From Candidatus Nomurabacteria bacterium (GTDB taxonomy: Bacteria > Patescibacteriota > Minisyncoccia > Phycocordibacterales > UBA9973): a DNA stretch of 64,000 bases. Every line of letters begins with the position of its first letter. The stretch's first letter is position 1. The stretch spans positions 8,996 to 72,995 of the forward strand of contig JAPLXU010000012.1 in assembly GCA_026395915.1 (NCBI GenBank). The letters are read 5' to 3'. Of this stretch, positions 1-10,007 are shown piece after piece. The position numbers and the translations under genes are program-made. The notes under the pieces were generated by a model. That model had not been told where the DNA came from. It saw only the letters and a program-made list of their open reading frames with translations, and ran no database searches.

Positions 1-415
1 GAGAAGTTGAATATATTCCTGCCAGAGCGGGGAATCGAGAATCTTCAGAATTAATGACGGCTAAAATAAAAGAACTGGGTTGGAAACAGGAAAGAAATAT
101 AAAAGATTACATATTGAACTTGAAAAATACAGCTTACAAATCGTAAAAATTTTTCTACGTTTCTCTTTACTTTTTTCAAAAAGCATGGTAATACTTCAAA
201 GGAAACAGATCTTTAAAAACATATTGATTCGTCTGAATGCTTCAATTTCAGCCTTATTTTGCTGGTCGGTATCCTTAAAGCCTTATACAATTATATGAGG
301 AGTTAGGGATACCGATCAGTCAGAAAGTTTGGCGTAAACTGCGCCTGCAAGTTTGTCAGGAATGGCAAGCTCAAGTAATTGCGGAGACTGAAAGGTTGAC
401 GAAAGAAAAAAGCCT

Positions 416-1621
416 ATGAAGAAACAGTATGAATTTCAAGCCTCGCTTGAATTACTAGTTGGTGGTTGGCACCTCCTGCATGGAACGATTCAGTTCGGTA
501 ACGAGGGAGCCGGCGGAGCTCAAACTGTGCAGGAATCGCTGGAACAAGTCCAGGGGTTGAATCAAGAACTCAAGCCCCTCGGGATCGGGTTCCGTGTTTC
601 TGCGCACTGGTGGCACGAGCTGGCTGTCAACTCCAAGCACCCGATTGTGGGTGGGTCGGCGCACTTGAACAAGCCCCGTTGTATCGAACTGCCAGAGTGG
701 ATCGAAGGCGCCAAGAGCGGCAAATACCCGAAACCTGGCCGCTTGATTCCGCCTGGCTTTGGCACTCCTGGAGCGGATCTCGGAGCGTTCATTCATCCCG
801 ATCCGACTCGCCGGAAGTTGTGTCACGACATGATGGTCTATACCATGGAGGAGTGCGAGAACACAATGACTGCCCTCAGCATTGATGACGTCAACGGCAT
901 TTATTGGACCGGACCGGATGGGATCCGGTGGCAACGCTTGTGCAACGGCGACGATCCGCTCCTCGGCTACAAATGCAACCAGAAACTGGAGGAATGGGGT
1001 TTGGTCGTTGGCGGGGTAGGTAGTGCGCTCAAAGAAGCGCGGGAACGTGGTTTTACCAAGCGCGCGAAATTGCTCATCGAGGGCAAACCCGCAGGCGACC
1101 CCTGTTGGATTGATGTCTTCACTGATGACGTGCTGTGTTGCGAGGGAATTCGCCAAATCAATGCCATTGCCGGCGGCGAGCTCGCTTTGTGGCAATCGGA
1201 ACTCCTCCATACTCACGGCTCCGGCATCCCGTTTGCCGAAGGAATGAGGATCGCCATCAGGAACAAAGTGTTCGGTGGGCACATTCACCTCAACGCCGGC
1301 CCGGTGAGCATTCAGAAGTATGGACCGATGCTGGCCAAGCGTGGTGGAACGAGGCTCAGCAAATTTCAACAGGCGACGGATCCGGATTTTCTTCCGGGCG
1401 AAGGACCCAAAGAATGGCTGAGACATCAAACTGACGCTCTCATGGTCGGGGCCAGATGGTCGGCCTTGACTGGCAAGGTGTTCAGGGTTGAGTTTGATGC
1501 TCGCTTCAGCAGGTACGCAGACATGATGGCGAGGCTCAAGAAGTCGGCCATGTTTACGCTGGATGGGTTCAAGGAAGCGTGCGGGAAGCTCGGTTGTGAG
1601 GCCAAAACGGTCACAGTCTAG
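416..1621 (+). CDS. hypothetical protein encoded in a GC-rich (~58% GC) segment that looks foreign to this genome; no family assignable by eye
   Basis: 401-aa intact ORF. Composition contrasts sharply with the AT-rich flanks. A long antisense ORF (455-1429) is the usual high-GC artefact. A rho-independent terminator follows. Confidence 0.45.
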   Translation: MKKQYEFQASLELLVGGWHLLHGTIQFGNEGAGGAQTVQESLEQVQGLNQELKPLGIGFRVSAHWWHELAVNSKHPIVGGSAHLNKPRCIELPEWIEGAKSGKYPKPGRLIPPGFGTPGADLGAFIHPDPTRRKLCHDMMVYTMEECENTMTALSIDDVNGIYWTGPDGIRWQRLCNGDDPLLGYKCNQKLEEWGLVVGGVGSALKEARERGFTKRAKLLIEGKPAGDPCWIDVFTDDVLCCEGIRQINAIAGGELALWQSELLHTHGSGIPFAEGMRIAIRNKVFGGHIHLNAGPVSIQKYGPMLAKRGGTRLSKFQQATDPDFLPGEGPKEWLRHQTDALMVGARWSALTGKVFRVEFDARFSRYADMMARLKKSAMFTLDGFKEACGKLGCEAKTVTV

Positions 1622-1694
1622 GCAGTTTTCAGGCCCTCCAGTCCACTCGGTTTCTGATTGGTTGAGCTTACAACAATATCGGTTTTTTCAAGGA

Positions 1695-1724
1695 GGGTCA
1701 GCCAAGATCGGCTGACCCTTTTTT
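1695..1724 (+). terminator. rho-independent terminator
   Basis: Perfect hairpin gggtcagcc-aagatc-ggctgaccc followed by TTTTTT, ~75 nt after the stop at 1621. Confidence 0.7.
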
Positions 1725-1811
1725 CGTACTTCTTCGTTAAGTCTTAATAATCATTTGATATGGTATAAGATATATAAGTCGGGTGGTTATTATTATTTTT
1801 AAAAATTATTT

Positions 1812-2429
1812 ATGAATTACAATACTTTAGCGAAAAAAGAGACAGTGGAGAAAGTTATAAAAGCGCTTGGCGCTATGGGAGTCGAAGCTATTTTTGTTGA
1901 AAATGGAAAAAGCGCTTTGGAAAAAATAAAAGAATTTATTCCAGAAAAGGTTTCGGTTATGAACGGAGCTTCTGTCACGCTTGAGCAGATCGGTTTCGTT
2001 GACTATTTGAAATCCGGAAAGCACGACTGGAACAATCTCCACGAGGCGATACTTCAAGAAAAAGATCCTGCAAAGCAAGCAATGCTCCGCAAGGAAGCTG
2101 TGCTGTCCGATTATTATTTGGGAAGCGTGCATGCGCTCGCCGAGACGGGAGAGTTTATCGTCGCTTCAAACACTGGCAGTCAATTACCGCACATAGTTTT
2201 CACTTCGCCGAATTTGATTTTTGTGGTTAGCACGAAAAAGATTGCTCCGACTTTGGCCGACGCGATGAATCGTTTGATGGACTACGTCATACCACTCGAA
2301 GATAAACACATGAGAGGGAAATATGGCGTAGGCACGGCGCCAAACAAAATTCTGACGTTCACCGGCGAGAATTCGATGATGAAAAGAAAAGTGAGAATGA
2401 TATTGGTAAATGAAGATCTTGGGTTTTAA
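1812..2429 (+). CDS. LUD-domain protein (lactate utilization LutC/YkgG-like, DUF162 family)
   Basis: 205 aa. The overall pattern, including the C-terminal 'IVFVVSTKKIAPTLADA' segment, resembles LUD-domain proteins. Confidence 0.5.
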   Translation: MNYNTLAKKETVEKVIKALGAMGVEAIFVENGKSALEKIKEFIPEKVSVMNGASVTLEQIGFVDYLKSGKHDWNNLHEAILQEKDPAKQAMLRKEAVLSDYYLGSVHALAETGEFIVASNTGSQLPHIVFTSPNLIFVVSTKKIAPTLADAMNRLMDYVIPLEDKHMRGKYGVGTAPNKILTFTGENSMMKRKVRMILVNEDLGF

Positions 2430-2497
2430 ATAAATTTTGGCAAAAAAACAGCGCTCCCGTGAGGGGAACGCCGGTTTTGTGATTCCTGATTCTAGGC

Positions 2498-3865
2498 TCA
2501 GGCTGCCTTTGCGAGGTCGCTCCCGAGAACGAGATCACTCGTCTCGGAGAACTTCGGGAGTTCCCATTTGAGGGCAACTTCGACGATATTGTCGAGGCCG
2601 ACGAGGTTCGATTCGTCCGTCGGATTCATCGCGTGCCAGGCCCACGTCTTGGGATGTTCAGGTGTATTGTTATCCGCCACGATCTTGGCGAGATCAACAT
2701 TGGACTGGGCGGCGATCTCGATTCCAGTCATGTAGCCGATCGAGCCAAGCAGAAGGCTTGTGACCACATCCCAATGTTGCTGTTGGCTGGAGAAGTGGCT
2801 GGGATTGCGGAACTGGCTCAGTTCGAACTCAATTGTGAATGTTGTCTCACAGGGGTTGAGTTTCAAATCGTTGCGGGCGCCGATTTGCGCGCCGAGCCAA
2901 TCGACTTGGTGCCCATTTGCCATCGCGAGAGAGTTATGCGCTTGAACACCGGGAGGCGGTTGGTCGCCATTCATGCGACTCCAGGGTTCTCCACCGATAC
3001 GTTGGCCGAGGTATCCACAACCGGCAATGCGGCCGAGCGTAGTATTCAAGCCTTTGCCATGGAACCGGCGAATAAACCACCCATACCCAGCCTTCCTCAG
3101 CACCTTGAACGACCACTCTGGGCGAAAGCCCTGTAGGACATCGTGAGATGCGTCGTGATTGAGGAAGCACCAGCCCTTCAGACCCGCGGCTTCGACCATG
3201 CGAGCGATAACGATCCAGTGTTGAGGGGTATTTGCAATGTTCTGAGTGAACGTATCTGCCGGTGTCCAACCGCACATTGGGCAATTCTCAATAAAGAGTT
3301 TTACCCCGTACTCTTTTGCGTAGCGGATGAGCGGAATGAGAACTTCGCCGACGAGTCGCATGTTCTCCTCAATCGGGAGTTTCAGATTGCGGCCGACGAA
3401 GATCGAAACACCTTCAGTTTTCGCCCCAGCTTTGTTCAACTTGGCGGCCGCGCGGATCGCACGACGGACATGCTCGATGTTCTGACGCCGGAACATTGGA
3501 TTCTCATGGAGCAGATTCTCGAACACACCAACGGTGCCGAGCGCAACTTTTCCTCCACAAGCATCGGCGAGTTCACGGGCATCTTCATCATCCAAGTCAA
3601 CGCCGGTGCAGTCTTTGCGCGTCAACATAGCGATGTGGTGTGCAACCGGATCCGCCATCGATTCCGGAGGCACATTGGCGTGAGAGGGCGCATGAGCACC
3701 ACCCATTTCCAAGGACTCAACGCCATTAGCCACGGCCCAGGCAATCCATTTCAAGGCGGCAGTGTTTGCCGCCTTGCGGGGATCGTGAATGAACATCTTT
3801 GAGTCTGTGCCCGGAGGCGTTTGTACGGCGGCCGTAAGGACGCCGATTTTCATTATGTTTCTCAT
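2498..3865 (-). CDS. sugar phosphate isomerase/epimerase (xylose-isomerase-like TIM barrel) encoded in a GC-rich segment
   Basis: Long minus-strand ORF. The likely start is ATG at 3865 (MRNIMKIGVL...), not the upstream in-frame Met. The TIM-barrel isomerase-like pattern includes 'KLFIENCP'. GC is ~58%, far above the genome. Confidence 0.5.
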   Translation of the reverse strand: MRNIMKIGVLTAAVQTPPGTDSKMFIHDPRKAANTAALKWIAWAVANGVESLEMGGAHAPSHANVPPESMADPVAHHIAMLTRKDCTGVDLDDEDARELADACGGKVALGTVGVFENLLHENPMFRRQNIEHVRRAIRAAAKLNKAGAKTEGVSIFVGRNLKLPIEENMRLVGEVLIPLIRYAKEYGVKLFIENCPMCGWTPADTFTQNIANTPQHWIVIARMVEAAGLKGWCFLNHDASHDVLQGFRPEWSFKVLRKAGYGWFIRRFHGKGLNTTLGRIAGCGYLGQRIGGEPWSRMNGDQPPPGVQAHNSLAMANGHQVDWLGAQIGARNDLKLNPCETTFTIEFELSQFRNPSHFSSQQQHWDVVTSLLLGSIGYMTGIEIAAQSNVDLAKIVADNNTPEHPKTWAWHAMNPTDESNLVGLDNIVEVALKWELPKFSETSDLVLGSDLAKAA

Positions 3866-4097
3866 AGTCTTGGTTTGTATTTTTCCGTTGTATACCGAAA
3901 GATGCACACACATGCACCCTGTACCGCCAAAACACACTACGTGCGTTCGGCAGTAACCTTGTAAATACTATAAATATCCACAAGGCTACTGCCGAAATAT
4001 ACAGAAAAAACAAGCAAAAGAGCTCTGTTTTCAAGGTTCTAATTCATCTAATCTTCATGAGTATTACCACGAAATTGCTTTTTTCGCAAGGGCTTTA

Positions 4098-4664
4098 TTA
4101 TAAAACCGAGGAAAGCTTTTCAAAACCATTTTCATCAAAAAGAATAGTTTTTAGGTTTGGACATTTTGTCATATCAAGATCTTCAAAAAATTTAATTTTA
4201 TCATCAACGAAAATAATTTGTTCGCCTTTGTTTTCTTTGCATATTTTTTCGATAATTCCTTTTTTACTATGTGGTGCTACAAGAATTTCACAAAAATAGT
4301 CGTCAATATTGCTTCTTCTTATTTTATCCAATTGAAATTCTTCATCGCCACTTGTTACGATATAACAATTTTTTTTTCCAAGTTTTTTAATTATTTTGAG
4401 CAATTCGGTATTCGCTAAATTTAACGATAAACTCATTATCTTTTCGTAAATATCTTCTGTAGTATCTTTTTTTTTATTTTCACGCGTGAGAAGTGAAGAT
4501 AAAAACTCTTTCAAAGAGAAAGGGGTTCCCATACTTTTAAATTCTTCATAATATTTTTCTTCTGTATTTTTTGATATACTGATTTCTCCCAAACATCTAA
4601 AAATATTTTCTTTTAGTTTTTTCGTATCAAACAGCACATCGTCAAAATCAAAAATGAATTTCAT
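4098..4664 (-). CDS. HAD-superfamily hydrolase
   Basis: N-terminal 'FDFDDVLFDT' DxD motif of HAD phosphatases. 188 aa. Confidence 0.6.
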   Translation of the reverse strand: MKFIFDFDDVLFDTKKLKENIFRCLGEISISKNTEEKYYEEFKSMGTPFSLKEFLSSLLTRENKKKDTTEDIYEKIMSLSLNLANTELLKIIKKLGKKNCYIVTSGDEEFQLDKIRRSNIDDYFCEILVAPHSKKGIIEKICKENKGEQIIFVDDKIKFFEDLDMTKCPNLKTILFDENGFEKLSSVL

Positions 4665-4665
4665 A

Positions 4666-5640
4666 CTATTTGTCTATTATTTTTTTAATGCACTCTGACA
4701 GTTTTTCAGAATCATGGCGGATGAATCCTCTTGTCGCTTTCATTTGCTTGTCATACTTGGGTTTGAATAAGATTGTCGATAAGAGCTTTGCGCGAATGAC
4801 TCTCTCGTCATCAAAATCATCTTCGATCAGAACTCCAGTGCCTTCTTCCAATTCATAATGCTTCGTCTGTTCAGCGCTTGGCTTTTGATTGTTCACTAAA
4901 ATATAGTCAACTTTTTTTCCCAAGTATTTTTCAATATCTGCCACGTAGTCGCTAACTTTCCAACCTGAAGTGTGTTTGAGCTTGTTTGTAAGGTTCACAG
5001 GGAAAATTATTTTTGCCTTACTTTTTTTAATGGTCTCTTTAAAACCGTTCACGATAAGGTTCGGCAAGACGGAACAATAATAGTTGCCGGGTCCGAGAAT
5101 AATAACGTCAGCATTGAGTATCGATTTCTTCGCGCGCTTATTCAAAGAAACTTTTGTTTCGTAAGATATTTTTTTCAGGCCATATTTTTGCAAGTCGGCA
5201 TTTTGGATATTGTCTTCGCCAATAATTTTTCCATTTGAAAGCTCAATAGAAAGATTTGCGGAATTGTCGGTAATCGGTATTACTTTGCCTTTGATTTTTA
5301 AAATCTCTGAAGCGATTTCAACGCCCTTTCCGAAATTCCCAGTGACTTTTTCGAGCGCTGCGAGAAAGATATTGCCAAAACTGTGTCCAGAAAGACCGCC
5401 ATTTTCGAAATGGTAATTCATAAGTTCACGCACCACATCGCTGTGTTCGGAAAGAGCGACGAGGCATTGTCTCACGTCTCCGGGAGGCAAAACGCCGAGC
5501 TCGTCTCGCAACATCCCCGTAGAGCCCCCATCATCTGCCATAGAAACAAGCGCGGTGAGAGAAACATCAGGAAGATTCTTCAATCCCGACAAAACAGTAT
5601 AGCTCCCTGTGCCTCCGCCCACGGTGACAATATTTTTCAT
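4666..5640 (-). CDS. yvcK: YvcK/UPF0052 (CofD-like) gluconeogenesis-factor family protein
   Basis: N-terminal 'VVTVGGGTGS' motif. 'SMADDGGSTG' and the family-typical ~320-aa length also fit. Confidence 0.8.
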   Translation of the reverse strand: MKNIVTVGGGTGSYTVLSGLKNLPDVSLTALVSMADDGGSTGMLRDELGVLPPGDVRQCLVALSEHSDVVRELMNYHFENGGLSGHSFGNIFLAALEKVTGNFGKGVEIASEILKIKGKVIPITDNSANLSIELSNGKIIGEDNIQNADLQKYGLKKISYETKVSLNKRAKKSILNADVIILGPGNYYCSVLPNLIVNGFKETIKKSKAKIIFPVNLTNKLKHTSGWKVSDYVADIEKYLGKKVDYILVNNQKPSAEQTKHYELEEGTGVLIEDDFDDERVIRAKLLSTILFKPKYDKQMKATRGFIRHDSEKLSECIKKIIDK

Positions 5641-5685
5641 TGCTAAATAATAGCCTAAATTTTAAAATTTTGCTATCATTTTGGC

Positions 5686-7548
5686 ATGTGTGGCATTGTT
5701 GGATACATTGGCAAAAAAGAAGCGTGGCCTGTTTTGATCAAAGGATTGGAACGGCTGGAATATCGCGGTTATGATTCCGCGGGAATTGCTTTGCTTCGCG
5801 AGGGAGCTTTTTCAGTTTATAAAAAAAAGGGCAGAGTCTCGGAATTATCTAAACTTGTAAAAAATAAAAATGAGAACGAACTTTCTGGCGGAGTTGGTAT
5901 CGCGCATACTCGTTGGGCGACGCACGGTGTACCTTCGGACGTAAATGCGCATCCTCATTTGTCAAACGGGGGAGACATTGTGATAGTTCATAATGGTATT
6001 ATCGAAAATTATCTTTCTATTAAAAAAATATTAATCAGTAAAGGATATAAATTTAAGAGCGACACTGATACAGAAGTTTTGGCAAATTTGATTGAAGACG
6101 TAAAAAATAATGCAAAGGTGAATATAGAAGAAGCAGTGCGTCTCGCTTTGACAGAAGTCGTCGGCGCGTATGCGATCATAGTTTTGTCTAAAGATGAGCC
6201 TGACACAATGGTTGTAGCCAAAGTAGGCAGTCCGGCTGTTATTGGAGTGGGGAAAAATGAATTTTTTGTGGCTTCTGACGCCACGCCGATCGTCGAGCAT
6301 ACAAAAAAAGTAATTTATTTGGAAGACGGAGAGATAGCAACAATAAAAAGAAACCCAAAGAACAAGAAACTTATTTTAAAAATCAAAACTATCGATAATA
6401 AGGTAAAAAATCTTTACGTTCATACTTTAAAAACAAAAATCAACGAACTAGAAAAAGGTGGATTCCCGCATTTTATGCTCAAAGAAATCTTCGACCAGCC
6501 GGAATCTCTGCGCAATACCATCCGAGGACGTATCGTTTTGGAAAAAGGCAATGTAAAATTCGGCGGACTTGAGAAATTTAAAGATGAATTAAAAAGATTG
6601 AATCGTCTTACAATCGTGGGAATGGGCACGGCTCGTTTTACAGGCCTCATAGGCGAATATGCTTTTGAGGAATTGGCTCGCATTCCGACAAAAGTTGAGT
6701 ATGGTTCAGAATTCACATATAGAGACATTGCTGAGCCTTCCCATACTGGCCTCATTGCTATTTCTCAATCTGGAGAAACTGCTGACACATTAAACTCAAT
6801 CAAGAAAGCTAAAAAAGAAAAGATGCTGACCTTCGGGATTGTTAATGTGATTGGTTCAAGCATAGCGAGAGAAGTGGATGCTGGAATTTATAACCATGTC
6901 GGGCCAGAAACGGCGGTGGCTTCCACCAAAGCTTCTTCTTCTCAAGTTTTGCTACAAATCATGCTAGCGATTTACTTGGGGCGAATGCGCGGTCTTTCGA
7001 AAGCGAAAGGCCAAGAAATATTGAAAGAAATAGAAAAGCTTCCAGCTCTAGTAGAAATAATTTTAAAAAATGCAAAGCAAATCGAGAAAATTGCGAAAAA
7101 ATATAAAAATAGTGATAATTTCTTTTTTCTTGGACGTAAATATAATGCCGGCACAGCTATGGAAGGAGCTCTCAAATTAAAAGAATGTTCTTATATTCAT
7201 GCCGAAGGTTGCAACTCTACAGAACTAAAACACGGCCCTATTTCCTTGATTGAAAAAAGTTTCCCGTCTCTCGTCATAGCGCCAAAAGACAGCTTGTATG
7301 AAAAAAACAAAAGTTCAATAGAGGAAATCAAAGCACGCGGAGGTCCTGTAATAGCGCTCACGACTTTTGGCAATAAAGAATTAGAAAATATCGCTGACGA
7401 TGTGATTTATATCCCCGAGACTCTTGAAATTCTGACACCGATTTTAGCTTTTGTGCCGATGCAACTTTTGGCATATTACATATCTGTCGAGCGTGGTAAC
7501 GATGTCGACAAACCGCGCAATCTCGCAAAAAGCGTGACTGTGGAATAA
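5686..7548 (+). CDS. glmS: glutamine--fructose-6-phosphate aminotransferase (glucosamine-6-P synthase)
   Basis: Starts MCGIVGY, the Ntn amidotransferase nucleophile Cys. Two SIS domains. 620 aa, ending ...KSVTVE. Confidence 0.95.
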   Translation: MCGIVGYIGKKEAWPVLIKGLERLEYRGYDSAGIALLREGAFSVYKKKGRVSELSKLVKNKNENELSGGVGIAHTRWATHGVPSDVNAHPHLSNGGDIVIVHNGIIENYLSIKKILISKGYKFKSDTDTEVLANLIEDVKNNAKVNIEEAVRLALTEVVGAYAIIVLSKDEPDTMVVAKVGSPAVIGVGKNEFFVASDATPIVEHTKKVIYLEDGEIATIKRNPKNKKLILKIKTIDNKVKNLYVHTLKTKINELEKGGFPHFMLKEIFDQPESLRNTIRGRIVLEKGNVKFGGLEKFKDELKRLNRLTIVGMGTARFTGLIGEYAFEELARIPTKVEYGSEFTYRDIAEPSHTGLIAISQSGETADTLNSIKKAKKEKMLTFGIVNVIGSSIAREVDAGIYNHVGPETAVASTKASSSQVLLQIMLAIYLGRMRGLSKAKGQEILKEIEKLPALVEIILKNAKQIEKIAKKYKNSDNFFFLGRKYNAGTAMEGALKLKECSYIHAEGCNSTELKHGPISLIEKSFPSLVIAPKDSLYEKNKSSIEEIKARGGPVIALTTFGNKELENIADDVIYIPETLEILTPILAFVPMQLLAYYISVERGNDVDKPRNLAKSVTVE

Positions 7549-7563
7549 AAATTTTTCTATTAA

Positions 7564-9390
7564 ATGATAACTAAAAAACAATTTCAGAAAATTTACATTG
7601 AATCTATTCAAAACCCAGAAAAATTTTGGGCGGACGTAGCGGAAACGTCCATAGAATGGTTCAAAAAATGGGACAAGGTTTTTGAATGGAAGTTTCCGAG
7701 TTATAAATGGTTTGTGGGCGGAAAACTAAATGTGGCTTACAATTGTTTGGATCGTCACGTCAAAGCTGGATTGAGAGAAAAAACTGCTTTAATATATTTA
7801 AATGAAAATAACGACAGGATAACTATCAACTATAATAATTTATTAAAACAAGTTAATAAGTTTGCCAACGGATTGAAATCACTAGGTGTAAAAAAGGGTG
7901 ATCGAGTTTTAATTTATATGCCACTTGTTATCGAGCAAGTCGTGGCTATGCTTGCTTGTGCGCGAATCGGCGCGATTCATAGCGTGGTGTTTGCTGGGTT
8001 CAGCGCCAACGCTTTACGTGAAAGAGCCGAAGACCTAAAAGCAAAAGTCGTCATAACTGCTTCATGGACAATGCGACGTGGTGAAAAGAAAATATTAAAA
8101 TCGACCGTTAGAGAAGCGGTAAAAAATTTGGAGTTTGTTAAAAATATTATCGTATTAAATCGAGACAAAAAAGAAATTAATTCTGCCGAGAAAATGGAAA
8201 TTGATTTTTATGATTTATTAAATAACGAAAGCGAAATTTGCGAGCCAGAAATAATGAACAGCGAAGATCCATTGTTTGTTCTTTACACTTCTGGTTCTAC
8301 TGGCAAACCTAAAGGCGTTGTTCATACTGCTGGCGGATTTTTAGTCTACGCGCATTATACTTTAAAAACTGTTTTTGATATCAAACCTGACGATGTGTTT
8401 TGGTGCACTGCAGATCCTGGGTGGATTACAGGTCACAGTTATGTGACGTACGGACCGTTGTCTAATGGTTTAACTGTCGTGATTATGGAAGGCGTTCCTG
8501 ATTATCCCAAGCCGGATAATTGGTACAGAATTATTGAACAAGAAAAAGTTAATATTTTTTATACTTCGCCGACTGCTATAAGAATGTTTAGAAAATACGG
8601 TGAAGGATATTGCAAACAACACGACCTTTCGTCGCTTAAAATTTTGGGCACAGTTGGTGAGCCTATTAATCCGGAAGTTTGGAAATGGTATCACGAATTT
8701 ATCGGCAATAAAAAATGCCCGATTGTTGATACTTGGTGGCAAACTGAAACTGGAGGACACATGATTGTGACTCTGCCTGGATTATTAGAAAAACCGGGTG
8801 TCGCAGGGCTACCTTTTTACGGGATTGAAGCGGTGGTAGTGAATAAAAGCGGACAAGAAGTCCCTACCAACGAAAAAGGATTTTTGGTTATAAAAAAGCC
8901 CTGGCCGGGAGCCTTGCTTGATTGCTGGAACACTCCGGATCGTTTTGCAAAATACTGGAATGAGATTGGTAAAATGTTTTTTACTGGAGATTTTGCTATT
9001 AAAGACAAGGATGGGTATATTCAAATTTTAGGTCGCAGTGATGACGTAATCAATGTGTCAGGACATCGCATAGGTACCGCGGAAGTTGAGAATGCTTTGG
9101 TTTCTTTTGCCGGAGTAGTCGAAGCAGGAGTTATTTCCAAACCAGATGAACTAAAAGGTGAACGACTCAAAGCATTTTTGGTATTGAAATCAGGCGTAAA
9201 GGGTGATAATGCTTTAATATCCAATATCAAAAAACATGTTAAAACGAAAATAGCTACTATTGCCGTGCCAGACGAGATAGAATTTGTGCTTAGTCTGCCG
9301 AAAACACGCAGTGGAAAAATCATGCGCCGGGTGCTTAAAGCAAAAGAACTTGGTCAAAGTATCAGCGATCTAACAACTTTGGAAGATTAA
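7564..9390 (+). CDS. acs: acetyl-CoA synthetase-like AMP-forming acyl-CoA ligase
   Basis: 'YTSGSTGKPKGV' AMP-binding motif. 'WWQTETGG' is typical of acetyl-CoA synthetase. C-terminal 'PKTRSGKIMRR' is also present. Confidence 0.85.
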   Translation: MITKKQFQKIYIESIQNPEKFWADVAETSIEWFKKWDKVFEWKFPSYKWFVGGKLNVAYNCLDRHVKAGLREKTALIYLNENNDRITINYNNLLKQVNKFANGLKSLGVKKGDRVLIYMPLVIEQVVAMLACARIGAIHSVVFAGFSANALRERAEDLKAKVVITASWTMRRGEKKILKSTVREAVKNLEFVKNIIVLNRDKKEINSAEKMEIDFYDLLNNESEICEPEIMNSEDPLFVLYTSGSTGKPKGVVHTAGGFLVYAHYTLKTVFDIKPDDVFWCTADPGWITGHSYVTYGPLSNGLTVVIMEGVPDYPKPDNWYRIIEQEKVNIFYTSPTAIRMFRKYGEGYCKQHDLSSLKILGTVGEPINPEVWKWYHEFIGNKKCPIVDTWWQTETGGHMIVTLPGLLEKPGVAGLPFYGIEAVVVNKSGQEVPTNEKGFLVIKKPWPGALLDCWNTPDRFAKYWNEIGKMFFTGDFAIKDKDGYIQILGRSDDVINVSGHRIGTAEVENALVSFAGVVEAGVISKPDELKGERLKAFLVLKSGVKGDNALISNIKKHVKTKIATIAVPDEIEFVLSLPKTRSGKIMRRVLKAKELGQSISDLTTLED

Positions 9391-9416
9391 ATTATAAAGA
9401 TTGTAGATAAAAATTA

Positions 9417-9986
9417 ATGCAAATCATTACAAAAAAAAGTCTTGAAAAGTTCTCTCTTTCGCTACCTATTTATAGCGATATTAAGATTGCAGATGCCACA
9501 AGCAAGGAAGGAGATAATTTTTATATTTTTGCTGGGTTAGACAAAGAAAAAGTTTTGCAATTAAAGACGCTGTCACTAGACGAGAGCGATAAAGAAATTC
9601 AAAAAAATACTTCTGACAGAAAACGTTTCGGGCTTGGATTATACGAAGATTGGTATAAAAAAGGCAGAACGCCTTTTGCGCTTATTCATAAAAATACAAA
9701 TAAACTTGCTGCTTTGATTTGGTTTGGCGCAGAAACATTGGAAGGAGAGAAAGGTAATTTTCATACATCTGCATGGCGTTCTTATCCTGGTTTCCGCGGC
9801 AAAGGTTTAATGAAAGAATTTGCCAATTTCGCGATGAATTTTTATGCAGAAAAAATACCTGATGTAAAATTTTGGGCTAAAATAAGAAAAGAAAATATTG
9901 GAAGCATTGGATTTGCGCAGGCCATTGGTTTTAAAAAAATGCAAGAAAATCCTGATGGTGATTTTATAGTTATGGTCAAACGTTAA
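9417..9986 (+). CDS. GNAT-family N-acetyltransferase (putative)
   Basis: 'FRGKGLMKEF' matches GNAT motif A (R/Q-x-x-G-x-G/A). 189 aa. Sits immediately downstream of acs. Confidence 0.45.
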   Translation: MQIITKKSLEKFSLSLPIYSDIKIADATSKEGDNFYIFAGLDKEKVLQLKTLSLDESDKEIQKNTSDRKRFGLGLYEDWYKKGRTPFALIHKNTNKLAALIWFGAETLEGEKGNFHTSAWRSYPGFRGKGLMKEFANFAMNFYAEKIPDVKFWAKIRKENIGSIGFAQAIGFKKMQENPDGDFIVMVKR

Positions 9987-10007
9987 AAATTATTATAGTA
10001 TACAGAT

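Noticed and set aside
80-298. 72-aa ORF at the AT-rich left edge
   Set aside because: Low-complexity product, no start context. Frame 1 of nt 1-54 may instead be the last codons of an upstream gene (..ENLQN*).
455-1429. 324-aa minus-strand ORF fully inside the GC-rich gene 416-1621, plus several shorter embedded ORFs
   Set aside because: Long antisense ORFs are expected in ~58% GC DNA because stop codons are rare. It has no independent start context and is fully nested within the longer sense ORF.
2633-3802. Plus-strand ORFs (167 aa and 219 aa) antisense to the sugar-phosphate isomerase gene
   Set aside because: Same high-GC antisense artefact. The minus-strand ORF has coherent TIM-barrel isomerase motifs.
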